Origin: a virus
Taxonomy: Duplodnaviria; Caudoviricetes
Virus record (IMG/VR): IMGVR_UViG_3300036815_000072
Coordinates: 1-32,808 of that record
Length of the DNA: 32,808 bases
Reading direction: 5' to 3' (one strand)
Position numbers and translations under genes: made by a program. Below are positions 15,215 through 23,029 of the stretch, one piece after another. The first letter of the stretch is position 1. Every line of letters begins with the position of its first letter. Below the pieces are notes generated by a model that was not told the DNA's origin, made no database searches, and saw nothing but the letters and a program-made list of their open reading frames with translations.

Positions 15215-16650
15215 GCCGAGAGGTGCTGTAGGCGCTCATGGGGTTCGTCTATGGTCAGCCAGTCAGACTCCACACGGAACCGCCGTGCGCGGTCACTGAC
15301 ACGGAACTCGCGGCTTACGCGCCAGCACAGACCCAGGCGCATCAGCATGGCCCTGCGGCCAGTAAAACCGGATTGCTCCCAGCGTTGCCTGACCGTCTCG
15401 CCAGTCGGCTCCCATTGTTCGCCCTTGGATTTGCTGGCCAGTAGCCTGAGTTCGGAAATCCGTGCTTCCATCTTGCTGGACATGCTGGCGAAGCGCTCAG
15501 CCGATAGATTGTGCGCCATGTATAGCTCTTCAAGCTCGTCTAGCTCTTGCTGAACCTGACGAAGTTCGCCACTGTAATCTGCGGTAACAACCCTGCGCAG
15601 AATTACGTCATCCCCGTACTCACGAAGCAGTGAACGTTCCACGCGATCCTCTATCTCGCTCGCCTTGATATAAAAGGTCGGGTGAGGATTTGCCTTGTTT
15701 GCGCAGCGGTAGGCATTGCGATGGTAGTACAGTGGCGCGTCACATTCTCCGCAGAAGGCAATGCGGATCAGAAGATGGTTAGTTTCGTGCTGGCCTCTAT
15801 GGGGGCGAGAGGAAGCCCTGAGTGTTTGCTGTAGATGTGACCACTCTTCCTCTGTCAGGATTGGGTCATCTGAGATCAAGACGGGAGTCCCATTCTGATC
15901 TAGAACCGAGTGCCCCTTGTACTGCAATTCACCGCGAAGGTAGCGCGATCCGATGATTGACTGAATAGCCGTATTCCGCCAGAGCTTCCCTCTCTGCGGT
16001 GTAGGTATTCCGTCTTCATTAAGCGCACGGCAGATGACCGGCTGGGAGACACCATCAAGGATGTCATCCACAATGCGGCGCACTACAAGAGCTTCCGCGC
16101 TTTGTTCTAGTTTCCATCCCGTAGCATCTTTGCATTCGGTCTTGCCGTGGCAGGCGCATATCGGACGGTAGCCGTAGGGGACAACGCCGCCGTTCCAGCG
16201 GCCGGTGGCACGCAACTCTACCGATGCGTCCTTCCTGCGCTCCCCGATTCGCATGCGCTCAAATTCGGCAAACATGATGAGGATGTTAGCCATCAGCCGT
16301 CCCCATTGTGAGCCGAAGTCAATTCCCTCTGAGACGCTGACAATCGCCTTACCGTGTTTGTCGCACCATTGCAGCAGCAGTTGCCAGTCGAGTAGGGACC
16401 GGGATAGCCGGTCAAGCTTGGAGACGATGAGGTAATCCCATTGTGCGATTTTGTCTGGCTCAGTGAGCCATGGCCCTAGCTCTGGGCGCTCGAATGGGCT
16501 GACCGCGCCTGAAACGTCAGTGTCTTCTGTCACGTGGACGAGGCGGTCACCGCGCGCCTTGACGGTGAACTCGATTGCGTCATCCTGAACCGCAATGCTT
16601 ACGCTACTGTCCTGGGCGTCACTGAGACGCTTGCTGCCTAGTGCCCGCAT
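15211..16650 (-). CDS. int: large serine integrase, Bxb1-like
   Basis: MRALGSKRLS (catalytic Ser10), EDTDVSGAVSPFERPELGPWL, KLDRLSRS, PYGY, recombinase domain, zinc ribbon FCGECDAPL..YRC, coiled coil. Start at ATG 16650 matches the Bxb1 Int N-terminus and leaves attP intergenic. Confidence 0.95.
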   Translation of the reverse strand: MRALGSKRLSDAQDSSVSIAVQDDAIEFTVKARGDRLVHVTEDTDVSGAVSPFERPELGPWLTEPDKIAQWDYLIVSKLDRLSRSLLDWQLLLQWCDKHGKAIVSVSEGIDFGSQWGRLMANILIMFAEFERMRIGERRKDASVELRATGRWNGGVVPYGYRPICACHGKTECKDATGWKLEQSAEALVVRRIVDDILDGVSQPVICRALNEDGIPTPQRGKLWRNTAIQSIIGSRYLRGELQYKGHSVLDQNGTPVLISDDPILTEEEWSHLQQTLRASSRPHRGQHETNHLLIRIAFCGECDAPLYYHRNAYRCANKANPHPTFYIKASEIEDRVERSLLREYGDDVILRRVVTADYSGELRQVQQELDELEELYMAHNLSAERFASMSSKMEARISELRLLASKSKGEQWEPTGETVRQRWEQSGFTGRRAMLMRLGLCWRVSREFRVSDRARRFRVESDWLTIDEPHERLQHLSA

Positions 16651-16706
16651 GCCTGACATGGTGCCCGCCCTGCCTTTGATTCTGGGTACGACACGCCCTA
16701 GCCGAG

Positions 16707-16756
16707 CGTGTAGACAGATCATACCACGAGGTGTCGTGGTGGCAACTGTCTACACG
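16707..16756. other. attP: attP site (intact), central GT dinucleotide at 16731-16732
   Basis: CGTGTAGACAG-atcat-ACCACGA-gGTg-TCGTGGT-ggcaa-CTGTCTACACG: 50-bp dyad just upstream of int. Confidence 0.82.
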
Positions 16757-16786
16757 ATGTGCCTAGCGCTGACCAGCGCAAACAGG

Positions 16787-17512
16787 TCAGCCCATCTGCG
16801 ATGCCTGCTGAAGTTGATCAAGGAACTGCCGCACCGGGTTGAACATGGTGGGCATTAGTTGCCGCGTCTCGTCAATGCCCATCCACCTCCATTCGTCGTG
16901 GTCGTCAGGGTCTCCGAGGTGAACCGCTCCCCCCGGGGCCACGTCGGCATGCACGTAGATAATGTGCCGGGTAACGAGGTCATGCACCCGCTGCCCGATG
17001 TACTGCGTGCTCGTTACATCAAGCCCTGATTCCTTGTGAACGAGGCGCACCGCTGCGGCGTGCGGTGACTCGCCCGGCTGCATGTCGCCGCCCGGGAAAG
17101 TCCACGGGGGAACCTTGTCCCTGCGGTGAAAGGTCAGGACTTCATCCTCCGCGGTGATGATGGCCAGGCAGACAGGGGGCTGTACTGGGATGGTCGTGGG
17201 GTCTGTCACCGGATTACCCTTTCCTCGCGCTGCTTTGATGAGCTGGCTTGCTCTGGCTCTGCTGATCCCTACGTGGTCGGCCACCTGCTGGACGTTCCAG
17301 TGGAAGCGGTCCTGTAGCCCAACTAGGTAGTGTCCCCGGAACGCCGCTACCTGTCCCGTCAATGACGAGAGCGCGCCGTGGAGGTCGTTAGCAGCCTCCC
17401 ATGCCTCCCGGGGATCGTAGTGCGCCCAGATGGCCGCACAGGCGCTTGCGCAGGCTTCCACCATCCTTTGCTGTTCGGACTCAGGCGTCGTGCCCTTGCG
17501 GTAGCTGACCAC
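16787..17512 (-). CDS. HTH + degenerate Nudix domain regulator
   Basis: HTH WNVQQVADHVGISRARASQLIK; Nudix fold WTFPGGDMQPGESPHAAAVRLVHKESGL. Confidence 0.82.
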   Translation of the reverse strand: MVSYRKGTTPESEQQRMVEACASACAAIWAHYDPREAWEAANDLHGALSSLTGQVAAFRGHYLVGLQDRFHWNVQQVADHVGISRARASQLIKAARGKGNPVTDPTTIPVQPPVCLAIITAEDEVLTFHRRDKVPPWTFPGGDMQPGESPHAAAVRLVHKESGLDVTSTQYIGQRVHDLVTRHIIYVHADVAPGGAVHLGDPDDHDEWRWMGIDETRQLMPTMFNPVRQFLDQLQQASQMG

Positions 17513-17520
17513 GGCACAGG

Positions 17521-17591
17521 AGTCTACCGCAGCCCCCCCCTTGCATGCCCGTAAGAGTGGGCTTACGATGCCGGTAGGCCCCTCTTACGGG
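17521..17591. promoter_or_regulatory. divergent promoters and inverted-repeat operator
   Basis: Rightward TTGCAT(17541)-17-TACGAT(17564); leftward -10 TAGACT (17521-17526) 8 bp before GTG 17512 (near-leaderless); IR CCCGTAAGAG(17548)/CTCTTACGGG(17582). Confidence 0.6.
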
Positions 17592-17745
17592 GGCTCGCGC
17601 CCCTTCGCTACGACAGGGGCAGTGAAGGGCCACGCTCCGCGGGTGACCCGCTAGCGGAAGGGAAGATCAACGGGCATCCCGGGGAGTGTCATAAACCAAT
17701 CCCACCAGACCTACCAGACCTAAAGGGGAGGAAAGGAAGGGCCTT

Positions 17746-17949
17746 ATGGGTAATCTCGGCAACGTTCCAGAGCCAGAGCCACCGCAACAGCCAGCGTCAG
17801 TGGATATGGCCAAGCGGCTGCTCACGTATGAGCTTCGGTTGCTGGACGAGACAAGCGGGCCGGGGATATTCGGGCCGCCCGTTCTGGCTGCGCTGCTCAA
17901 GCTGGACAATAGCGTCCATGAACTGATCTGCGCTCTAGCCGAGAACTAG
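17746..17949 (+). CDS. hypothetical protein
   Basis: Purine-rich RBS GGAGGAAAGGAAGG; 67 aa. Confidence 0.6.
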   Translation: MGNLGNVPEPEPPQQPASVDMAKRLLTYELRLLDETSGPGIFGPPVLAALLKLDNSVHELICALAEN

Positions 17950-17973
17950 AACTACAGAGGGAAACGATCAACG

Positions 17974-18204
17974 ATGGCACAGACGGCCGAATATCAGCTA
18001 GTTGACCCGACAGACGTTGAAGTCAACGAGTCGCACGTCATCTGCAAAGGGCAATGTCCCCGATGCAAAGTTTTCTGGTCGGAACGCGAAGATCAATCGT
18101 GCGCATGTTTCTCCCCCGATGCGCGGGTTGTTGACAAGCGTCAGGCGTTTGAAATGAACGTGCGGCAGACGGTGATGTCGGTTATCAAATCTCTCGGCCC
18201 CTAA
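17974..18204 (+). CDS. small Cys-rich protein
   Basis: CKGQCPRC...SCAC; GAGGG RBS. Confidence 0.6.
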   Translation: MAQTAEYQLVDPTDVEVNESHVICKGQCPRCKVFWSEREDQSCACFSPDARVVDKRQAFEMNVRQTVMSVIKSLGP

Positions 18205-18236
18205 CGGGTGGGGAAGCCTCTTAAGGGCTGAGAGAC

Positions 18237-18285
18237 GCAACCCCCCCACGCTTTGGGCGCGCAAGCTGGTGCGTGGGGGGGTTGC
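18237..18285. terminator. perfect 15-bp hairpin without a U tract
   Basis: GCAACCCCCCCACGC/GCGTGGGGGGGTTGC, 19-nt loop, intergenic. Confidence 0.55.
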
Positions 18286-18307
18286 CACCATTCAACAGGA
18301 GACAGGC

Positions 18308-18697
18308 ATGTTCGTTCTGATAGGTGTCTCGTGGCAGTTCCCTATGCTGCTCGTCGGCATCACTCATTACGCGCCTACCGGATGGGCGGCGCCGCTCATT
18401 CTGCTGGGAGTCATCCACGGCACGGCGCATTTCTTTGTGCCGCTGTACTTCATGGCACTCCTGAGCGGGATACGCAGGCGGCCCTACAGGGTGACGGGCG
18501 GCAAGGTCTTCACGCTGGTTGACCGAACCCCTGCCGACATGACTTACGGTATCGAGTGCCGTCAGTGCGACTGGGCCACGCCCGTATGCACTGAGCCAGA
18601 ACACGCAGACCTGCGGGAAGCCATACACACGAAGGCCACCGGGCACGGGGATTACAATGACCTTGCCACATGGGAAACACGGCGAAGAGTGATTTAG
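18308..18697 (+). CDS. membrane protein with C-terminal C2H2-type zinc module
   Basis: CAGGAG RBS; two hydrophobic segments, then ECRQC...HTKATGH. Confidence 0.65.
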   Translation: MFVLIGVSWQFPMLLVGITHYAPTGWAAPLILLGVIHGTAHFFVPLYFMALLSGIRRRPYRVTGGKVFTLVDRTPADMTYGIECRQCDWATPVCTEPEHADLREAIHTKATGHGDYNDLATWETRRRVI

Positions 18698-19069
18698 ATG
18701 ACGGTCGTCATGACATTCAAGGACACCCTGATAAGGAAAGCCATCAAAGACCTAGACCGCGCCGCTAGCGCGAAAGCGCCTAGTCTCACCTATGAGCTGG
18801 CGCACCTTGCCGCACTGGGCGCGGCCGGTGCCATCGTCACGGCACGGATAACCCCAGCGCAGGCAAACACCGTGCTCAGGCCGAAGAGCGTATGGGAAGC
18901 ACTGGAACGGGTCGTGCCAGAGCTAGATGAGTGGGCAGCCTATTTCGCGGACGGCGCACTGCTGGCGCGCAAGGCGCACTGCGGCACCGCGCAGGTCAGC
19001 CCTGAAGACGCAGAGGAAATGCTTTCCAATGCGCGCCGGTTCACCGACATAGCGGAGGGGATGGTCTAG
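18698..19069 (+). CDS. SAV_6107-family HEPN domain protein
   Basis: AHLAALGAAGAIV.AR...SVWEALERVVPELDEWAAYFA.GA...DAEEML..A..F matches the recalled family pattern. Confidence 0.8.
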   Translation: MTVVMTFKDTLIRKAIKDLDRAASAKAPSLTYELAHLAALGAAGAIVTARITPAQANTVLRPKSVWEALERVVPELDEWAAYFADGALLARKAHCGTAQVSPEDAEEMLSNARRFTDIAEGMV

Positions 19070-19071
19070 CC

Positions 19072-19398
19072 ATGCCGCAACTCGACAACTCTTCAGTCCA
19101 CGTGTTCTGGCTGACCCCGATGCCGGGAGTAGCGGAAACGCACCGGGTAATCGTGGCGATGGACATACGCCATGAGTGCATGGTCGTGGTGCTGCCTGAC
19201 GATTCCCAGGTAGTCATCAGTGCCGACCGCGCTGTCTGTCTCAGGGGAGGCAGAATGCTCACCCTGGGCCAGTGGCAGTACGCGCTTCCCTCTTCCGGCT
19301 ATGAAGCCAGCGAGGTCCCCCCGGAGCTGATACCGCCCGAGACCAGGCCAGGGGCACCCGGTACTTACACCCTGGACGGCAGGCGTACATTTGCCTGA
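19072..19398 (+). CDS. hypothetical protein
   Basis: GGAGGGG RBS; 108 aa. Confidence 0.6.
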   Translation: MPQLDNSSVHVFWLTPMPGVAETHRVIVAMDIRHECMVVVLPDDSQVVISADRAVCLRGGRMLTLGQWQYALPSSGYEASEVPPELIPPETRPGAPGTYTLDGRRTFA

Positions 19399-19683
19399 CT
19401 AGTCAGTCAAGGCTCCATCCTCCCGCGGGTAGTCGGTTTCGAATACCAGGACCGAGCGCGGCGGCAACATCGCCACTACCAGGCGGTCACCAAGCCACGG
19501 GTCAAATATGACGCCCGTTGGCGCTATGACCTCCCACATGGTAAGCCCGTCTTCCCGTACTACCGTGCTGCGCATGACGCGGCAGGCCGTCTCGGTACCA
19601 TCCCAGTGGATGATTCTTACGCCTTCGGGCCTCGGCCTAACTAGTCTCGCCGTGAGTAGTCTCTTCAGGGGGCGATACTTCAT
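19399..19683 (-). CDS. hypothetical protein
   Basis: AAGGAGG RBS then MKYRPLKRLL... Confidence 0.55.
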   Translation of the reverse strand: MKYRPLKRLLTARLVRPRPEGVRIIHWDGTETACRVMRSTVVREDGLTMWEVIAPTGVIFDPWLGDRLVVAMLPPRSVLVFETDYPREDGALTD

Positions 19684-19897
19684 TTCGTTCCTCCTTCGCC
19701 TCGGAATCCCACTCCCAGCCCCCGTCACGGAAGACCATCCGGTGGTTTGGCGAATCGGTGAACTTGCATTGCAAGGTCTGCCCTTCGGTGCCGAGCTGGG
19801 CAGGCCCGTCAGGGTACAGGTCTGCAACCGTTTGCGTGCAGCACCGCATCAGGCCGCCTGGCCGCAGCACATCGTATTTCCGTTCCGCTGCCTCCAT
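19637..19897 (-). CDS. hypothetical protein
   Basis: GAGGGAG RBS then MEAAERKYDV...MRCC...QC. Confidence 0.55.
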   Translation of the reverse strand: MEAAERKYDVLRPGGLMRCCTQTVADLYPDGPAQLGTEGQTLQCKFTDSPNHRMVFRDGGWEWDSEAKEERNEVSPPEETTHGETS

Positions 19898-19925
19898 TAA
19901 ATTCTCCCTCGGGGCCGCTTGGATG

Positions 19926-19955
19926 TTGCCATGATCCACTCCGTCACACTACACT
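19926..19955 (+). promoter_or_regulatory. sigma70-like promoter
   Basis: TTGCCA-18-TACACT, 9 bp before ATG 19965 (near-leaderless). Confidence 0.5.
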
Positions 19956-19964
19956 CCCTCTCTC

Positions 19965-20774
19965 ATGGGAGACCATTCACGCCCCTCTGGCCCTTCGGTG
20001 CAGGAACTGCAACGCGAGCTGAGCGAGCTGCAAGCGAAGTACAGCCTGCTACAGGACCAATACGGCTTGCTACAGAACATGTACGAAGAGGCCATGGCGC
20101 TGGTGGCTGACACGCTGAAGCGGCTTGACCCGGCCTCTGAGGCGGCGCGGCACCTGCGGCTACTCCCACCCCTCGGCCTAGGCATCGGGGCGATCCTCGG
20201 CCTTGGCAGGCTCGTGCGCGCCCACCTGGGCGCCGTGGTGACTGGTGCTACCGCCGTAGCGGGCATAACCGCCATGGCCGCGGTGTACCAGGTAGCTACT
20301 GTGCCTGCCCCTAGGGGTCGTGCTCCGGTCACCGTCACGGTTCCCTCCGCGGGTACATCTTCATCGTCCGGGGGATACATACAGAAGCAGGCCGCGCCTC
20401 GGGGCACCGGGACCGGGGGGGTTGGTCACCATAGCCATCCGCAGGCGCGGCCTACGTCTTCTAGTTCGGGCAGTACCCTGCCAGTGCCGACAGCACTGCC
20501 GGTGAGCCCGACGCCGACGCCGACACCTCTCCCGGTACCGACGCCCAGCCTTCCACTGCCTACCCCGACTCTGCCTCTGCTTCAGTGTCAGCCGGGGCAC
20601 GAACGATATCTTCATCCTTGTCCGTGCGATCCGACAGATAGAAGCCGATCTTCCTGTCATACCCCACCACCAGGAAGCGGCCTCGGCCAAATAGCAGGTC
20701 TAGTAGCAGGCTTACCTGCGTCTTCTCGTCATCGTTCAGCTCTTCACCCTGCCGCTTTTTGGACTCGGCAGTGA
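19965..20774 (+). CDS. membrane protein: coiled coil, hydrophobic segments, Pro/Thr/Ser-rich tail
   Basis: QELQRELSELQAKY heptads; LGLGIGAILGLG and AVVTGATAVAGITAMAAVY; PTPTPTPLPVPTP. Confidence 0.6.
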   Translation: MGDHSRPSGPSVQELQRELSELQAKYSLLQDQYGLLQNMYEEAMALVADTLKRLDPASEAARHLRLLPPLGLGIGAILGLGRLVRAHLGAVVTGATAVAGITAMAAVYQVATVPAPRGRAPVTVTVPSAGTSSSSGGYIQKQAAPRGTGTGGVGHHSHPQARPTSSSSGSTLPVPTALPVSPTPTPTPLPVPTPSLPLPTPTLPLLQCQPGHERYLHPCPCDPTDRSRSSCHTPPPGSGLGQIAGLVAGLPASSRHRSALHPAAFWTRQ

Positions 20775-21018
20775 GCATGTATGCCAGCCGGTGGTGCCGG
20801 TGCTCAGGAGAGAGCTTCCAGGGAAGCAGGTTGCCGTGCGAGAGGTTGCGGGCCGGGAATCCCAGCCGTTCAAATTTCTTGGCCACAGCGGGCCGCGTAG
20901 GGCGCCAGACCTTGCCGTTACCCCTGTAAACGGCTTCTGCGATCTCGTCATACGTGAGCCCCTGATTGAACAGGGCAAGCATCTTCGCATCACTCGGCCA
21001 GGGTCCAGAGACGGGCAT
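20560..21018 (-). CDS. immunity repressor, L5 gp71/R4-like
   Basis: HTH NQGLTYDEIAEAV...TRPAVAKK, central LPWKL, C-term VVGYDRKIGFYLSDRTDKDEDIVRAP resembling cluster A/R4-type repressors; GGAGGTG RBS. Confidence 0.75.
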   Translation of the reverse strand: MPVSGPWPSDAKMLALFNQGLTYDEIAEAVYRGNGKVWRPTRPAVAKKFERLGFPARNLSHGNLLPWKLSPEHRHHRLAYMLTAESKKRQGEELNDDEKTQVSLLLDLLFGRGRFLVVGYDRKIGFYLSDRTDKDEDIVRAPADTEAEAESG

Positions 21019-21050
21019 GCGAGCTTTCACCTCCAAGTCGGTTGCGGCCA

Positions 21051-21131
21051 AGTATGACTGCCAGGGGGGATCGTGTCAACTTCCATGGGGTAACTTGGAA
21101 GTTGACACGATCACGGAAGCGGGGTGATACT
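21051..21131. promoter_or_regulatory. divergent promoters with two inverted operators over both -35 boxes
   Basis: Perfect 17-bp IR GATCGTGTCAACTTCCA(21069-21085)/TGGAAGTTGACACGATC(21096-21112); leftward TTGACA-17-CATACT; rightward TTGACA-18-GATACT. Confidence 0.8.
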
Positions 21132-21187
21132 GCCCCAAGTGATCATGCTGGCTCACCTAACTCGGCAACGGAGGGGATAGATGAAGC

Positions 21188-21733
21188 GTGGGCAACCGGA
21201 ACGCTCAGCTACCAGACGGCCACCCCTTGCAGTGCAGCACGGAAGGCTGCAAGACCAAGCGGCGGCTCGCCCGCCCCCCACTGTGCGCGAAGTGCCTCGG
21301 CAAGCTCAGGCGCGGCACGCTGCGAGGCCCACCAGGGGCACAGCAAGAAGTCCTGCCAGAGGATGGCATCGTTGACTACATTGCCGTGGAAGTGGCCGCC
21401 AAAGGGTGGCGGCCCGTAAGGCTAACCAAACGCGAGCGAGTTCTCGCCGCAGCGCTTATCATGGCCCAGTCCCACGATCATGTGGGCGAGGTCATCATGG
21501 ACAGATTGCACATCAGCCGTACCAGCGCGTACCGTCTCGTGGAGTTCGTGAAGGGCCGGGAAGCCGACGTGCCGCAGTTCTCTGTCTCAGACAAAGACGC
21601 CAGCTTAAGTCACGGGAGGAAACATTGGCACCGAACCAGGAAAGACAGGAGTTGTTTGAGACTTACGCAGACGTGTGGGCGCACCGGCTGCTCTGCATGG
21701 GAAGTAAGCTTCCGGCCTTCATTGAGAGCATGA
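21188..21733 (+). CDS. zinc finger + HTH DNA-binding protein (Cro-like position)
   Basis: CSTEGC...LCAKC; DYIAVEVA..G...RLTKRER...IMDRLHISRTSAYRLV. Confidence 0.65.
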   Translation: MGNRNAQLPDGHPLQCSTEGCKTKRRLARPPLCAKCLGKLRRGTLRGPPGAQQEVLPEDGIVDYIAVEVAAKGWRPVRLTKRERVLAAALIMAQSHDHVGEVIMDRLHISRTSAYRLVEFVKGREADVPQFSVSDKDASLSHGRKHWHRTRKDRSCLRLTQTCGRTGCSAWEVSFRPSLRA

Positions 21734-22089
21734 GCCCTGCTGGCCGCTTCATGGCCGTAGGCGCCCTGTATTCGGCAGGTGGCCTGCCAGAGGCCGCAGC
21801 CGTGGAACTCCTGTTCCGTCCCGGCAACGTGGTAATCGCCACGAATCCACATGATCTCACCGTGGATGAGATCTATGCCGTAGCCGAGCTGATCATGAAG
21901 GATGAGCACCCGCTCTGCGATCTCCCCCACGTCATGGGACTTGCAGGACTGGACTGGCCGCGTGGCAGTGGCGACTATCACGGCGGCAAGCCCCGCGGGC
22001 AGATGAGCAAAAAGGAGAAGCGCAAGGCGGCTGACGAGCTGGCTAACGTCATCAGTTCGCTAGACCCGGGCTGGACGGTGAGCGCCTGA
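21625..22089 (+). CDS. hypothetical protein
   Basis: TTG start after GGGAGGA, in the 21406..22089 frame. Confidence 0.6.
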   Translation: MAPNQERQELFETYADVWAHRLLCMGSKLPAFIESMSPAGRFMAVGALYSAGGLPEAAAVELLFRPGNVVIATNPHDLTVDEIYAVAELIMKDEHPLCDLPHVMGLAGLDWPRGSGDYHGGKPRGQMSKKEKRKAADELANVISSLDPGWTVSA

Positions 22090-22299
22090 ACGGGCCGACC
22101 CTAACAACCACCCACGGCTCTCCTGAAAACCGCTCCTAGCTCTTACACGGGGGCCTAGGATGGGGCACTATGGACGCGCTACGGAACTTCATCAGGTGGA
22201 TATAAGCTTCCCCGTCTCCGCATGGATGGGGGAGACCTGCCCCAGCGGCAGGGACAACTGAATAGGCCCGAAGGTGATTCTGCGAGCCGGGCCGAGAGG

Positions 22300-22342
22300 G
22301 AAAAAGGAAGACCCCCCGGGACGGTGAGCCCGGGGGGTCTTC
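22300..22342 (-). terminator. intrinsic terminator of the late operon (possibly bidirectional)
   Basis: GAAGACCCCCCGGG/CCCGGGGGGTCTTC 14-bp stem; CTTTTT follows on the minus strand. Confidence 0.8.
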
Positions 22343-22528
22343 TGCCCTGTCACAAAACCGAAGCGTGCTACGGGGGTAGTGGCACGGTCGGCGGGTTCCC
22401 GGGAACTTTGGGAACCGCGGATGAGTCTAGCACGTGAGAAAGCCCCTGGGGACGGTCAGGGGATGGCCAGTTTGACCGTTTGCGGGCACCCAGGGGCTTT
22501 CAGCTTCCAACCTAGCATGCACGGCCTG

Positions 22529-22777
22529 TCAGGTGAAGAGCCCTTCTACGAAATGCCACCAGAGCCAGACCTCAAGCACGCCGAAGATGCCTGCGAACAG
22601 GAAGTGAACTCCTGACCAGGTGCGCATGGACATATCATTGTGCGTGCCGATCAGGCGCCAGACCTGATCACTGAGCGTCCCATGGTCGTGACCCAGGAGC
22701 GCAATGGTTTCAGGAACGGCGAACGTGACCAGCAGGACCAGTGCCCAGATCAGCCAGTACCATGCCCAGTTAGTCAC
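22529..22777 (-). CDS. membrane protein of the lysis cassette (2 TM)
   Basis: Two hydrophobic helices flanking GTLSDQVWRL. Confidence 0.7.
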   Translation of the reverse strand: MTNWAWYWLIWALVLLVTFAVPETIALLGHDHGTLSDQVWRLIGTHNDMSMRTWSGVHFLFAGIFGVLEVWLWWHFVEGLFT

Positions 22778-23022
22778 GGGGTCACCGTGGGCGTGGGCGC
22801 GTTCGGCGCACCGGCCTTAACGCTCGCGGTCTTGGCCACGTTGAAGTACGCCAGCAGGACGGGCACAAGGGCAGAGCCGACCTCATAGAGCTGCGTGGAA
22901 TTGACCTTGAAGCCCAGGTGCGCAGCGGTCAGGACCACCTGGCCCACGATCAGCGCCACAACGCCCGGGTTGTCACGCAGGTAGACAAGCGCGGCGGTAG
23001 CCGCGCTCTTGAGACTGGACAT
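22774..23022 (-). CDS. holin
   Basis: Small, two TM segments, directly after the endolysin. Confidence 0.7.
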   Translation of the reverse strand: MSSLKSAATAALVYLRDNPGVVALIVGQVVLTAAHLGFKVNSTQLYEVGSALVPVLLAYFNVAKTASVKAGAPNAPTPTVTP

Positions 23023-23029
23023 GGTTACC

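Noticed and set aside
16651-16722. Longer integrase start at 16722
   Set aside because: It would overlap attP and add residues before the MRAL...RLS N-terminus that matches Bxb1 Int.
17704-17721. ACCAGACCT tandem duplication
   Set aside because: Two copies of 9 bp with no recurrence noticed elsewhere; not interpretable.
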